Shown here: positions 13,311 to 28,681 of the stretch, one piece after another
Numbering within the stretch: position 1 is the first letter of the stretch
Layout: the number at the start of each line of letters is the position of its first letter
Assembly (NCBI GenBank): GCA_002269645.1
Contig: NIVC01000954.1
Location: 62,001-126,000, forward strand
From: Macrostomum lignano
Taxonomy: Eukaryota
Reading direction: 5' to 3'
Length of the DNA stretch: 64,000 nucleotides
The notes under the pieces: model-generated
What the model was told of the DNA's origin: nothing
Database searches by the model: none
The model's input: only the letters and a program-made list of their open reading frames with translations
Translations under genes and position numbers: made by a program

Positions 13311-13373
13311 GTTAGGTTAGGGTTAGGGTTAGGGTTAGGGCTAGGGTTAGGGTTAGGGTTAGGCTAGGGTTAG
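13311..13373 (+). repeat. Interstitial telomere-like (TTAGGG)n tract
   Basis: About 10 TTAGGG/CTAGGG units; a degenerate tract also at ~12885-12935. Confidence 0.9.
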
Positions 13374-14401
13374 AAGGTTGACAGATATTTTTAGATTTCC
13401 AAGGCTTATTGGGGGCATTGCTGAGATGTCAAGGGGGGAAGTTGATATGTCAAAGCTTGTGGGGGGGAATTACTGACATGTCAAGGCTTACAAGGTTTGA
13501 CAGGAGATTTTTTTAAGATTTCAAGGATACATGTAGCTTATTAAAAAAACGTGTATTGCATTTATTTGGCTCCCCAACGGGGGGCGTAGATTGCTAGTAA
13601 ATTCCTATAGTTACTTTCACGACTTGAGGAATTGTCTGTGTTATCAGAAGATTTAAGCTCTAATGCAATCTTTCGCTCAACGTGAACCAGGTCAATCTTT
13701 TTTACCTTTTCGAATCCAAAATATTTTTTCTGCTAAAACTTCATGTAGTCTACCTAGTCTTATTTGAATAACTTTAATCTTGTATGAAATTATTAGCTCT
13801 TCTTGAAATAAATCGTAAAGAATTTGGTCATACCCCACCTTGTCGTCAATTGGTTTCAAGAGAATTTCTCTAATTTTTTGCTCCATTTTTGCTTTATAAA
13901 ATTTAACAAGTGCTTATCGATCGCCCCTAAGGGACGCGAGCTCTGCTCGATGACTAGCAAGGACATTGACTTTCCTCACTTAGGCCACAAGGTAACCTGC
14001 AAAAGAATACCCTGGAATATAAAATTCTCCAGGATATTTTCCAGTAGAGAAGATGGGTGGCAGTTTTGTCATAGCTGACTGAATGTCTAATGCAGAACCA
14101 AGAAATAGTCGTTTATTGAAGGCCATTTTATAGAGATTTTTTTATTTCTTTATTTTTACTTGTAAAGTGTTTGTATAAATTCCATTGAATACTTAATAGA
14201 CTGAATTTTAAGACAAGTCGAGACAATAATCCAAAGCGACATGTTACACAGAACAGATCGCTGATAAAAGATCTTGGTATATTTTAAAAGAACCTTATAA
14301 GACGATGCATAACAATCCTTAGTCACAGTCACAATGACAATCCTTAGTCACAGTCCTTACAGTCCCCCTTAGTCACAGTCACAGTGATAGTCCTTAGTCA
14401 C

Positions 14402-15042
14402 TCATGTTGAGCAGCTTGATGTTGAGCAGCTTGGTGTTGAGCAGCTTGGTGTTGAGCAGCTTGGTGTTGAGCAGTTTGGTCTTGAGCAGCTTGGTGTTGA
14501 GCAGCTTGGTGTTGAGCAGCTTGGTATTGAGCAGCTTGGTGTTAAGCAGCTTGGTGTTGAGCAGCTTGGTCTTGAGCAGCTTGGTGTTGAGCAGCTTGGT
14601 ATTGAGCAGCTTGGTGTTAAGCAGCTTGGTGTTGAGCAGCTTGGTGTTGAGCAGCTTGGTGTTGAGCAGCTTGGTGTTGAGCAGCTTGGTATTGAGCAGC
14701 TTGGTATTGAGCAGCTTGTCTTGAGCAGCTTGGTCTTGAGCATCCTCGTATGTCGGAGGTGCCTCTGGAACGTCTACATCTAGCGAGCGCTCGATTTCTA
14801 GTTGGCGTTGATTTTCAAAGATAGAACGCTCCTTCGCAATGTTTTTTTTTAATTAGTCTAAGCATCGCTATGTCGTTCTCAATTTTGTTGAAGTGTACGC
14901 GATACTGCTCAAGGAATTGATTCTCATTCATAGACGTGACGAAGCTAGCATCGGGGTATTGTGTGTGAATCAAACCTCTCAAATTGTTTCTCTCTTGTGT
15001 GCTCACAAGTATTCTAGCACGCCTAGTTGGATTTCCGGGCAT
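14402..15042 (-). CDS. Unknown ORF MPGNPTRR... ending in a 15-bp minisatellite encoding (HQAAQ)n; copies 15973-16545 and 22876-23494
   Basis: Present in all three units with indels. The GAGCAGCTTGGTGTT minisatellite has about 17-22 units, differing between copies. Confidence 0.5.
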
Positions 15043-16935
15043 TCTGTTCGTTCGGAATGAAAGCTGATAATTTAAGCAGAGGACACTTGTTGTGGATACT
15101 TTATTTTGGGTATGCCCTTAAGTGCTGTCTAAAATGTCTTATGCCAGCCGCTAATTGGGTGCCACTGCCCTGCCACTGCCTTGCCACTGCCCTGTTACTT
15201 TCACGACTTGAGGAATTGTCTGTGTTATCAGAAGATTTAAGCTCTAATGCAATCTTTCGCTCAACGTGAACCAGGTCAATCTTTTTTACCTTTTCGAATC
15301 CAAAATATTTTTCTGCTAAAACTTCATATAGTCTACCTAGTCTCATTTGAATAACTTTAATCTTGTATGAAATTATTAGCTCTTCTATAAATCGCAAAGA
15401 ATTTGGTCATACCCCACCTTGTCGTCAATTGGTTTCAAGAGAATTTCTCGAATTTTTTGCTCCATTTTTGCTTTATAAAATTTAACAAGTGCTTATCGAT
15501 CGCCCCTAAGGGACGCGAGCTCTGCTCGATGACTAGCAAGGACATTGACTTTCCTCACTCAGGCCACAAGGTAACCTGCAAAAGAATACCCTGGAATATG
15601 AAATTCTCCAGGATATTTTCCAGTAGAGAAGATGGGTGGCAGTTTTGTCATAGCTGACTGAATGTCTAATGCAGAACCAAGAAATAGTCGTTTATTGAAG
15701 GCCATTTTATAGAGATTTTTTTATTTCTTTATTTTTACTTGTAAAGTGTTTGTATAAATTCCATTGAATACTTAATAGACTGAATTTTAAGACAAGTCGA
15801 GACAATAATCCAAAGCGACATGTTACACAGAACAGATCGCTGATAAAAGATCTTGGTATATTTTAAAAGAACCTTATAAGACGATGCATAACAATCCTTA
15901 GTCACAGTCACAATGACAATCCTTAGTCACAGTCCTTACAGTCCCCCTTAGTCACAGTCACAGTGATAGTCCTTAGTCACTCATGTTGAGCAGCTTGATG
16001 TTGAGCAGCTTGGTGTTGAGTAGCTTGGTGTTGAGCAGCTTGGTGTTGAGCAGTTTGGTCTTGAGCAGCTTGGTGTTGAGCAGCTTGGTGTTGAGCAGCT
16101 TGGTATTGAGCAGCTTGGTGTTAAGCAGCTTGGTGTTGAGCAGCTTGGTGTTGAGCAGCTTGGTGTTGAGCAGCTTGGTGTTGAGCAGCTTGGTATTGAG
16201 CAGCTTGGTATTGAGCAGCTTGTCTTGAGCAGCTTGGTCTTGAGCATCCTCGTATGTCGGAGGTGCCTCTGGAACGTCTACATCTAGCGAGCGCTCGATT
16301 TCTAGTTGGCGTTGATTTTCAAAGATAGAACGCTCCTTCGCAATGTTTTTTTTAATTAGTCTAAGCATCGCTATGTCGTTCTCAATTTTGTTGAAGTGTA
16401 CGCGATACTGCTCAAGGAATTGATTCTCATTCATAGACGTGACGAAGCTAGCATCGGGGTATTGTGTGTGAATCAAACCTCTCAAATTGTTTCTCTCTTG
16501 TGTGCTCACAAGTATTCTAGCACGCCTAGTTGGATTTCCGGGCATTCTGTTCGTTCGGAATGAAAGCTGATAATTTAAGCAGAGGACACTTGTTGTGGAT
16601 ACTTTATTTTGGGTATGCCCTTAAGTGCTGTCTAAAATGTCTTATGCCAGCCGCTAATTGGGTGCCACTGCCCTGCCACTGCCTTGCCACTGCCCTGTTA
16701 CTTTCACGACTTGAGGAATTGTCTGTGTTATCAGAAGATTTAAGCTCTAATGCAATCTTTCGCTCAACGTGAACCAGGTCAATCTTTTTTACCTTTTCGA
16801 ATCCAAAATATTTTTCTGCTAAAACTTCATATAGTCTACTTACTTACTTACTTACTTACTACTGACGGGGGGCGCAGGCGCCGCGAATAGGCCGCGAGGC
16901 CCCTATCGCAACCCCAAGGTAAAAGAGCACAAGGA

Positions 16936-22021
<5,086 letters not shown>

Positions 22022-23672
22022 TTAGCCAGCAGCCAACTACTTAGCAGCCACCTGCCCCGCAAAAAAGCAGCAGGGGGGATCCGTCCCCCACCAGCAGACC
22101 AAGACGAGGAAGCTAGCCGCTTCCACGCCAGGCCAGAACGAAAAGGAGGGGGAAGAGCCTCCTCGAAAAACGAAAAGCTGGCGGATGTCACAGAGTCCCT
22201 CGGTTTAAGTTGCCGTTTGCCCCCCTTCATATAGTCTACCTAGTCTCATTTGAATAACTTTAATCTTGTATGAAATTATTAGCTCTTCTATAAATCGCAA
22301 AGAATTTGGTCATACCCCACCTTGTCGTCAATTGGTTTCAAGAGAATTTCTCGAATTTTTTGCTCCATTTTTGCTTTATAAAATTTAACAAGTGCTTATC
22401 GATCGCCCCTAAGGGACGCGAGCTCTGCTCGATGACTAGCAAGGACATTGACTTTCCTCACTCAGGCCACAAGGTAACCTGCAAAAGAATACCCTGGAAT
22501 ATGAAATTCTCCAGGATATTTTCCAGTAGAGAAGATGGGTGGCAGTTTTGTCATAGCTGACTGAATGTCTAATGCAGAACCAAGAAATAGTCGTTTATTG
22601 AAGGCCATTTTATAGAGATTTTTTTATTTCTTTATTTTTACTTGTAAAGTGTTTGTATAAATTCCATTGAATACTTAATAGACTGAATTTTAAGACAAGT
22701 CGAGACAATAATCCAAAGCGACATGTTACACAGAACAGATCGCTGATAAAAGATCTTGGTATATTTTAAAAGAACCTTATAAGACGATGCATAACAATCC
22801 TTAGTCACAGTCACAATGACAATCCTTAGTCACAGTCCTTACAGTCCCCCTTAGTCACAGTCACAGTGATAGTCCTTAGTCACTCATGTTGAGCAGCTTG
22901 ATGTTGAGCAGCTTGGTGTTGAGCAGCTTGGTGTTGAGCAGCTTGGTGTTGAGCAGTTTGGTCTTGAGCAGCTTGGTGTTGAGCAGCTTGGTATTGAGCA
23001 GCTTGGTGTTAAGCAGCTTGGTGTTGAGCAGCTTGGTGTTGAGCAGCTTGGTGTTGAGCAGCTTGGTATTGAGCAGCTTGGTGTTAAGCAGCTTGGTGTT
23101 GAGCAGCTTGGTGTTGAGCAGCTTGGTGTTGAGCAGCTTGGTGTTGAGCAGCTTGGTATTGAGCAGCTTGGTCTTGAGCAGCTTGGTCTTGAGCATCCTC
23201 GTTTGTCGGAGGTGCCTCTGGAACGTCTACATCTAGCGAGCGCTCGATTTCTAGTTGGCGTTGATTTTCAAAGATAGAACGCTCCTTCGCAATGTTTTTT
23301 TTAATTAGTCTAAGCATCGCTATGTCGTTCTCAATTTTGTTGAAGTGTACGCGATACTGCTCAAGGAATTGATTCTCATTCATAGACGTGACGAAGCTAG
23401 CATCGGGGTATTGTGTGTGAATCAAACCTCTCAAATTGTTTCTCTCTTGTGTGCTCACAAGTATTCTAGCACGCCTAGTTGGATTTCCGGGCATTCTGTT
23501 CGTTCGGAATGAAAGCTGATAATTTAAGCAGAGGACACTTGTTGTGGATACTTTATTTTGGGTATGCCCTTAAGTGCTGTCTAAAATGTCTTATGCCAGC
23601 CGCTAATTGGGTGCCACTGCCCTGCCACTGCCTTGCCACTGCCCTATGGCAGTGACAGATTTTTTCTCTCTA

Positions 23673-23780
23673 GAGTAAGTAGTAGTGTGTTATACGGGGC
23701 TGAGTCATCCAGCGAGCTGGCGCGCAATTCGCCCGAGCAATAAGTGTGGCATAGCCCCGTATAACACACTACTACTACTC
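23673..23780. mobile_element. ~105-bp mini-element with Polinton-type AGTAGT terminal inverted repeats
   Basis: AGTAGTAGTGTGTTATACGGGGCT (23678-23701) is the exact reverse complement of 23753-23776. Confidence 0.6.
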
Positions 23781-24148
23781 ATCTTCTACACTGGAAAAAA
23801 GGGGGAAGTCTCGAGATTGCACTTTGAATATCTATTCAATTGCCAAAATAAATAGTTTTTCTAAAAGCCATTTTTACTATGATATTTTGGTAAAAATTAT
23901 TGTGCCAAGGAGCTAATTAAAAGAGAAAAATGAAGATAAAAGTAATTTTTTCAATCCAAAGATGATAACTTGGCTCAGTTTGAGCTTTGTTAATGATAAA
24001 TGTGTATTTCTTCATAAATATGTTTTGTATACTACTTTGAGTAGCAGCGAAAGCAGTAAAAGCATTTTTTCATGTTAAGTCATTTTTTTCTGGATCTCCA
24101 GAAATTTTTCTGGACATTTTTATCATAAGGAATTCTTTCTCTTTACAG

Positions 24149-24950
24149 TTATATTTGCATGTCGCCAATGTTGTCTTCAATCGAACGCTCGTTTTCTCCC
24201 TCGAATCGTATGTTGAGTGAAACTTCAAGGCGACAAGCAAAATTCTCGTCTTCTGTCGCCGTTTTCTGAATAAGAGCCTTGTAGGTTAGCAGTGTTTCAA
24301 AGTTGTAACCTGAAACCACCAGAACTGGATATTTGACAATTAGATTTTGAAAAGTATAGAGTCTTTCTGCGAACTTTTCATGGATTTGCAGTTTAGCAGC
24401 AACGCCTTTGATGCTCAAGCCAAGGGATTCGCGTAGCTTGGCAACAACTTCCGCTTGCTTCTTTCTACCTAGACAGGCTAAAATTTCTAGATCGGCAATG
24501 AAATTTTCCAGCTTAGTAAATCGATCGATTAGTTGGCCTTCATCCTGACTAAGTTCCTCTCCGCATAAATCCTTCGCATCATTGAAACTGAAATAAAATA
24601 TGTTGTTTTCTCATTGAAAATTTATTGACTTAGTGATAAGATTCTGTAATAAAACTTACCGAGTTTTGACGACAATTGCCTCGTTTTTTACATTGTCAAG
24701 CTTTTCCTTCAAGCGAGCAATAAATCGAGATTCTCTTAGAAACTTTGCCTCTTTGTTGTTGCTTTTCTCTCTGGTGCGATCTTTCTTCGAGGACTGGCTT
24801 TATACTACTTGTAGATTTTTAGTAGTTAGTTCTGTTCATCAACATCCAACTTACTAACTACAGCGGCGGAACTATTTGAGTCTTAGCTGCTAATACTCTT
24901 AATAGTGGCGATTATCTGACTATGGATAGGAGTAGAGGAGTCATCGCATG
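24149..24950 (-). pseudogene. Paralogue of gene X; intron 24659-24588; stops and a frameshift in exon 1
   Basis: RESRFI...KTR|FNDAKDLC...FIADLE...RKKQAEV...FETLLT...EDENFACRLE aligns with gene X. Same intron position and phase. Confidence 0.8.
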
Positions 24951-25485
24951 TATTTCTGTTTTTTGGCAGGGGTGGGGGGTAAAATAGCTACTCAGTTGCG
25001 GCAAGGTGCTCATATTTATTTTTTTCATGACAATAGAAAGAATTCATGCATTCCTTTGGCGAGCCGAAAACGTGAGAAAATTTTTTCGAAAATAAAGAAT
25101 GCCCTAGCGTTTTGGTTTAAATAGAAAGCGTGACTCACTTTGCCGTGGGTGGATGGCACTAGAGAACTCCGAATTCCTGTGTTAGTTATCAGACTGTGTT
25201 CTGTGACCCTCGGGGGCGATCGAGTGAAGTTGTAATTGCTATAGCCGACCATATTGTTGCCATGCAAACTTGTTTGTGTGTGGCGCGAATAGAGCCCCGA
25301 ATTTCTGTGTTACTCATCAGACTGTCTGAGACCCTTCAGGGCAATTAAGTGAAGTTTGCCTACTCTGCCGAAGAACCACTCTGGGTCATAATATAAGCAA
25401 AGAGGTCATGCAAGTTTCAAACTATTCAAAAAATAGTTTGTGACTTTAAAAATAAAAACTATACGGCTAAATTTTTCCTAGAAAA

Positions 25486-25851
25486 ATGGAAGCTAATTAC
25501 CCAAATGTTCGAAATGCTCTACCACAAAAATTCTATGATTCTATTATATCATTTTCTCAAATTAAAACCCATACTCGAAATTCTCGACGAATTGCAGAAA
25601 TTGATAAAGCTTACGATGAATATAAAGCAGAAATATTAAAACACACCATTGTAAATGTCCCCCATATTTGTATTCATTATTCATTCAGAGTATATCTTGC
25701 ACATGTTGATAAATGGGCATTGATTTCGAGACAGCACATTGGGAATGACGAATTTTTCGTCATGCTTAAGTTAAACATTTTCAAACTCCCCATAGCCTTT
25801 AAGAAGTACATTGAAACCGATAAATCATATTGTTATATTTATTTTGAATAA
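25486..25851 (+). CDS. Small unknown ORF MEANYPNVRNALPQK...
   Basis: 121-aa ORF. A homologue lies at 8244 in the same position relative to gene X. Confidence 0.5.
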   Translation: MEANYPNVRNALPQKFYDSIISFSQIKTHTRNSRRIAEIDKAYDEYKAEILKHTIVNVPHICIHYSFRVYLAHVDKWALISRQHIGNDEFFVMLKLNIFKLPIAFKKYIETDKSYCYIYFE

Positions 25852-25959
25852 AATGGAAAGAAAAAATCAAAACGATTCAAATGTCTCTCCTCAGATCGTA
25901 CAGGATCTGTTTCAAAACTATGATGCACCACCGCCAAAATTGACAAATTTAAAGCAAAC

Positions 25960-26258
25960 TGTCACGTTGTTGGCGTAGTAGTGGCTACAACCCTAAAAAG
26001 GGCCGTTTTGACGAGAGTTACTGACGCTATTAGTCCCAAAAGGATGGTGAATTCAACAATGGCGGCGGATTTGTAGCGGTAGCACTTGGCAATGGCGGTA
26101 GATAACAAAAGACGCCAACTGGTTTATTATTATCAATGTTTAATATTAATACAGAAGCTTATGACGTTATGGGGCACTGGCGGCTGCAACAATGGGTTGA
26201 TGTAATCTAGTTGTATAGATGAAAGTTGAGTAGATGATTTTTTTTTACTAGAAACACA
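25960..26258 (+). repeat. Dispersed LTR-like repeat (TGTCACG...ACTAGAA(A)CACA), homologous to 38426-38921
   Basis: Shared blocks AAAAGGGCCGTTTT, GCACTTGGCAAT and GGGCACTGGCGGCTGCAACAATGG; TG...CA ends; no TSD seen. Confidence 0.45.
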
Positions 26259-26299
26259 GAAGTAGAAGAGTTGTAAAGTTGGTAAGTATAATATAATAC

Positions 26300-27700
26300 A
26301 AAACGAGGACTATGATTCTTAGTACAAGGAAGCACTCATACTCCGCGACATAGACAGTGGTGATGAAATGTACAAAGTATTCACTGATTGGTCAAAAGTA
26401 AATTATAATAAGTTCGATTTCGAGTCATGTAAAAAGGTGTGGAATAGCACCAGTACCAGCTCTGCTGATGCACAGGACAGACTTACTGTCGGTACGTTGA
26501 AGAAAATGGGCTAGTGAAGAAAACTATGGTAAATATAAGGAATGGAAAATCAAATATGATTACTATGGTAGGATTGAGTATCTTGATGATAATTTCACTG
26601 AATTTAACATAACCAACTTTGTTTATGAATATAAGAAGAATAATATTATTTACAATAGCGATTGTATTTACTATTTTGATGATGAGAAGTAGAGAGAACT
26701 AATTAGTATAAATGACATATTTCTTAAAATATCAAATCTTGTTAGCAGTGAGTTAAACCACCGAAAGACTAGACTCGAAGTTGCAATTAGGAGGGCTGAT
26801 GATAAAGAGAAGTTAAAAGCACTTGAAAAGAAACTACAGAGTACAATGAAGAATATAAATTCAATACAAGGAGCCAACAAGCTCAAACAGGTAACTAATT
26901 TGTTCAAAGAGAGGTTTACTAACAATGAAATTGAATTCGATATGAAATGGAATTTGCTAGGGTTTAACGATGGAGTATATGATCTCGCTACAGGTGAGTT
27001 TCGCAAGCATAGATATGACGATTACGTTACTAAATCGGTGGGATATAATTACTCGGATATACTTAAAGTGAGTGATGACGACTATGAGTTCATTGTTAAT
27101 CTTCATAACCAAATTCATCCCGATCCAGAAAATAGAAAGAGTTGGGAATCCGTTATAGCCACAGCTCTAATGGGAAAGAATGTTGAAAACTTTATAATGT
27201 TTGATGGCGCTGGTGGAAATGGCAAGGGGGTTGAGGACAACCTACTTCTTAGAACTCTAGGATCTGATTATGCAGCACCACTGAGTCCTGATGTTTTTGA
27301 ATTCACCAATAAGAATAGACAAGCCACAACCTGCCCTAGCACAAATTAATAAAAAGAGTTTGGTTAACAGTCTATTCTTAGACTGCGTTCTTAGTCTATT
27401 CAGTCTATTCTTAGTCTATTCTTGGTCTTGAACAACGCATCAATAAAATTACTAACTGGTGGGGGAGTTATTAAAGCTAGAAATTTATATTCAAGCCAGT
27501 GTAATGTTGTTTTACACGGAACCCTAATAGTCGAATGTAATAACAAGCCCAAATTTAGACAAAATATTGGAGATGCAGAAAAAAGACGAATTATAAATAT
27601 TAATTACCCATGCAAATATACAACAGATACCGACATCATTGATCATTAGAAACACATTTATAAAGCCGATTATAAGGAAAGATATAGACGAACGATAAAT
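26300..27700 (+). pseudogene. D5/P4-type primase-helicase remnant (PriCT-2-like, D5_N, SF3 helicase)
   Basis: DYDS*...DWSK...CKKVWNS...LTVGTLKK; NLLGFNDGVYDLATGEFR; Walker A GAGGNGKG; IKLLTGGGVIKARNLY; ECNNKP; RRI. Multiple stops and frameshifts. Confidence 0.85.
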
Positions 27701-27769
27701 AACAAACAACATGAAACCAGAAATGTGTTGCTACAGTGCACGAAAAAATAAACGAAGATGTTATCAAAT

Positions 27770-28681
27770 AGATTACATTTGCTGATGAGGAATAGATCTT
27801 ATAGGATCCAAATAATATATTTTACCATCTAAAGGACTCATTGTTTGTTTCATAATATCACGAATATATATTTTTACTGCTTTTATCAACTCCTTGATCT
27901 TAACACACTCTCCTGAAACTGTGAAAGCATACTCCTTTGACCGCAGGAACACAGCTTCGGAAATTAATATAAACAAAGTGACTGTAATAATTGCATAATC
28001 CTAAGAAACTTCTCAGCTCTTTCACATCTCTTGGCTTCGGCCAGCTCCTAATTGCTTCTTATTTATCTTCGTCAGTTCTATTTCCTTCTCTTCCAATTGC
28101 ATAGCCTAAATATTTTGATTCGCTGTGAAATAAATTAAATTTCTTAGCTCCTTATTTCAGTCCGGCATTAAATAATCTTTGAAATACCTCCTTGAGGTAT
28201 TTTAAATGGTTCCCAAACTGCTTAGAATAGGTCACTATATCATCTATGTATGAGATGGCATATTTATGCTAAATGCCTGCTGATACCAAATTCATAGGCC
28301 TTTGAAAAGTACCTGGGGCATTAGATGAGCCCTGAGCCATAACTTGGTACTCAAATTGACCTTTCGTAATGTTGAAAATGCAGCCATAAACTTGTGTTCC
28401 TCTTTTATTGGAACTTCCTAATAACCAGAATTTAAGTCAAGGCTGCTAAAATACTGAATACCTGTCAAATGCGAAAATGTCTTTTGAATAGCATGGCAAG
28501 TCGAATAGCATGGCCTAATTATATTCTTGGCTAAAATTTCGTCTAAATGGGCATCCACCTGCTTCTGAAGATGAGGGGGAATCCTTCTAGTCGGAATCCT
28601 GACAGCTGTCTTATCTTTTAGCGTGACTAATGATGCTGTTACGCTTCTTTCCGAGTTCTTGATGATGTACCTAAATTTGAA
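27770..28681 (-). pseudogene. Degenerate Ty3/Gypsy reverse-transcriptase fragment
   Basis: RRIPPHLQKQVD, FSSLDLNSGY, FEYQVMAQG.SNAPGTFQR and SYIDDIV. Confidence 0.85.

Larger units (their letters stand above)
10427..13597 (+). mobile_element. Complete non-autonomous Helitron (Lep1-like 5' end) carrying satellite and TTAGGG tracts
   Basis: A|TCCTATATACTAAAA start, then GTCT/CTAT microsatellite and GACCGATTT...AAACTT core. The 3' hairpin GCTCCCCAACGGGGGGC (13569-13585) is followed by CTAG|T. No TSD. The flanks rejoin an ORF in frame. Confidence 0.9.
10242..13886 (-). pseudogene. Intron-encoded PD-(D/E)xK restriction-endonuclease-like ORF (~157 aa, putative homing endonuclease), split by the Helitron into 13886-13598 and 10426-10242
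   Basis: Joined translation ...RLGRLHEVLAEKYFGFEKVKKIDLVHVERKIALELKSSDNTDNSSSRESNYRNL|LDYKKSYPTYQLFYVCIN...ALKFLYGDQYTNIITKVKQVLS*. It needs two compensating homopolymer corrections (~13735, ~10370). The ORF is enclosed by a perfect 12-bp inverted repeat (13905-13916 / 10247-10258). Confidence 0.72.
9930..13994 (-). ncRNA. Group I self-splicing intron, IC1-like (894 nt after removing the Helitron)
   Basis: P AAATTGCGGGAA 10228-10217; Q AATCCGCAGC 10116-10107; R GTTCAGAGACTTTA 10034-10021; S AAGATAAAGTCC 9971-9960. P3 CACCTTC/GGAGGTG; P5a CCTCAAG/CTTGAGG; P5b CTTCAG/CTGAAG with GAAA loop. 5' exon ends in U with a U.G P1 pair; terminal G at 9930. Removal restores the reading frame. Confidence 0.93.
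8780..14126 (-). pseudogene. Polinton/Maverick-type PLA2-like domain fused to a retroviral-like (c-)integrase; exon 1 14126-13995, exon 2 from 9929; frameshift ~9313, premature stop 8798
   Basis: The spliced product reads GEF(Y/H)IPGYSFAG|PDTNPDKRL...PINPIDWTAYYHDKNY...ADEKM...KVRFGLG (parvoviral VP1u-like PLA2 pattern). It continues WHADII, GYKYALTIIDGCTRYTWAVPLKTKTG, VDEGKEFYN, IERFNRTL, YNNTIHS, FKVGDKV (D-D-E integrase). Confidence 0.88.

Noticed and set aside
13311-13373. True telomere or chromosome-fusion point
   Set aside because: The tract is short, lies inside a Helitron with intact ends, and recurs in another copy of the element.
13990-13996. GCAG|GTTACC as a spliceosomal donor explaining the split PLA2 gene
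   Set aside because: There is no AG acceptor at the required position (CAACTG|CCT). The group I boundaries (U| ... G|) give the exact in-frame join.
14402-14743. ORFs such as (VLSSL)n, (TPSCS)n, (ATPKALA)n and (VCLLTVFYGLFRGCI)n
   Set aside because: They are alternative-frame translations of stop-free minisatellites.
25300-25325. Hammerhead-like CTGATGA...GAAA on the minus strand
   Set aside because: Stem II spacing is wrong (CAGAAA rather than CGAAA) and I could not find stems I and III.
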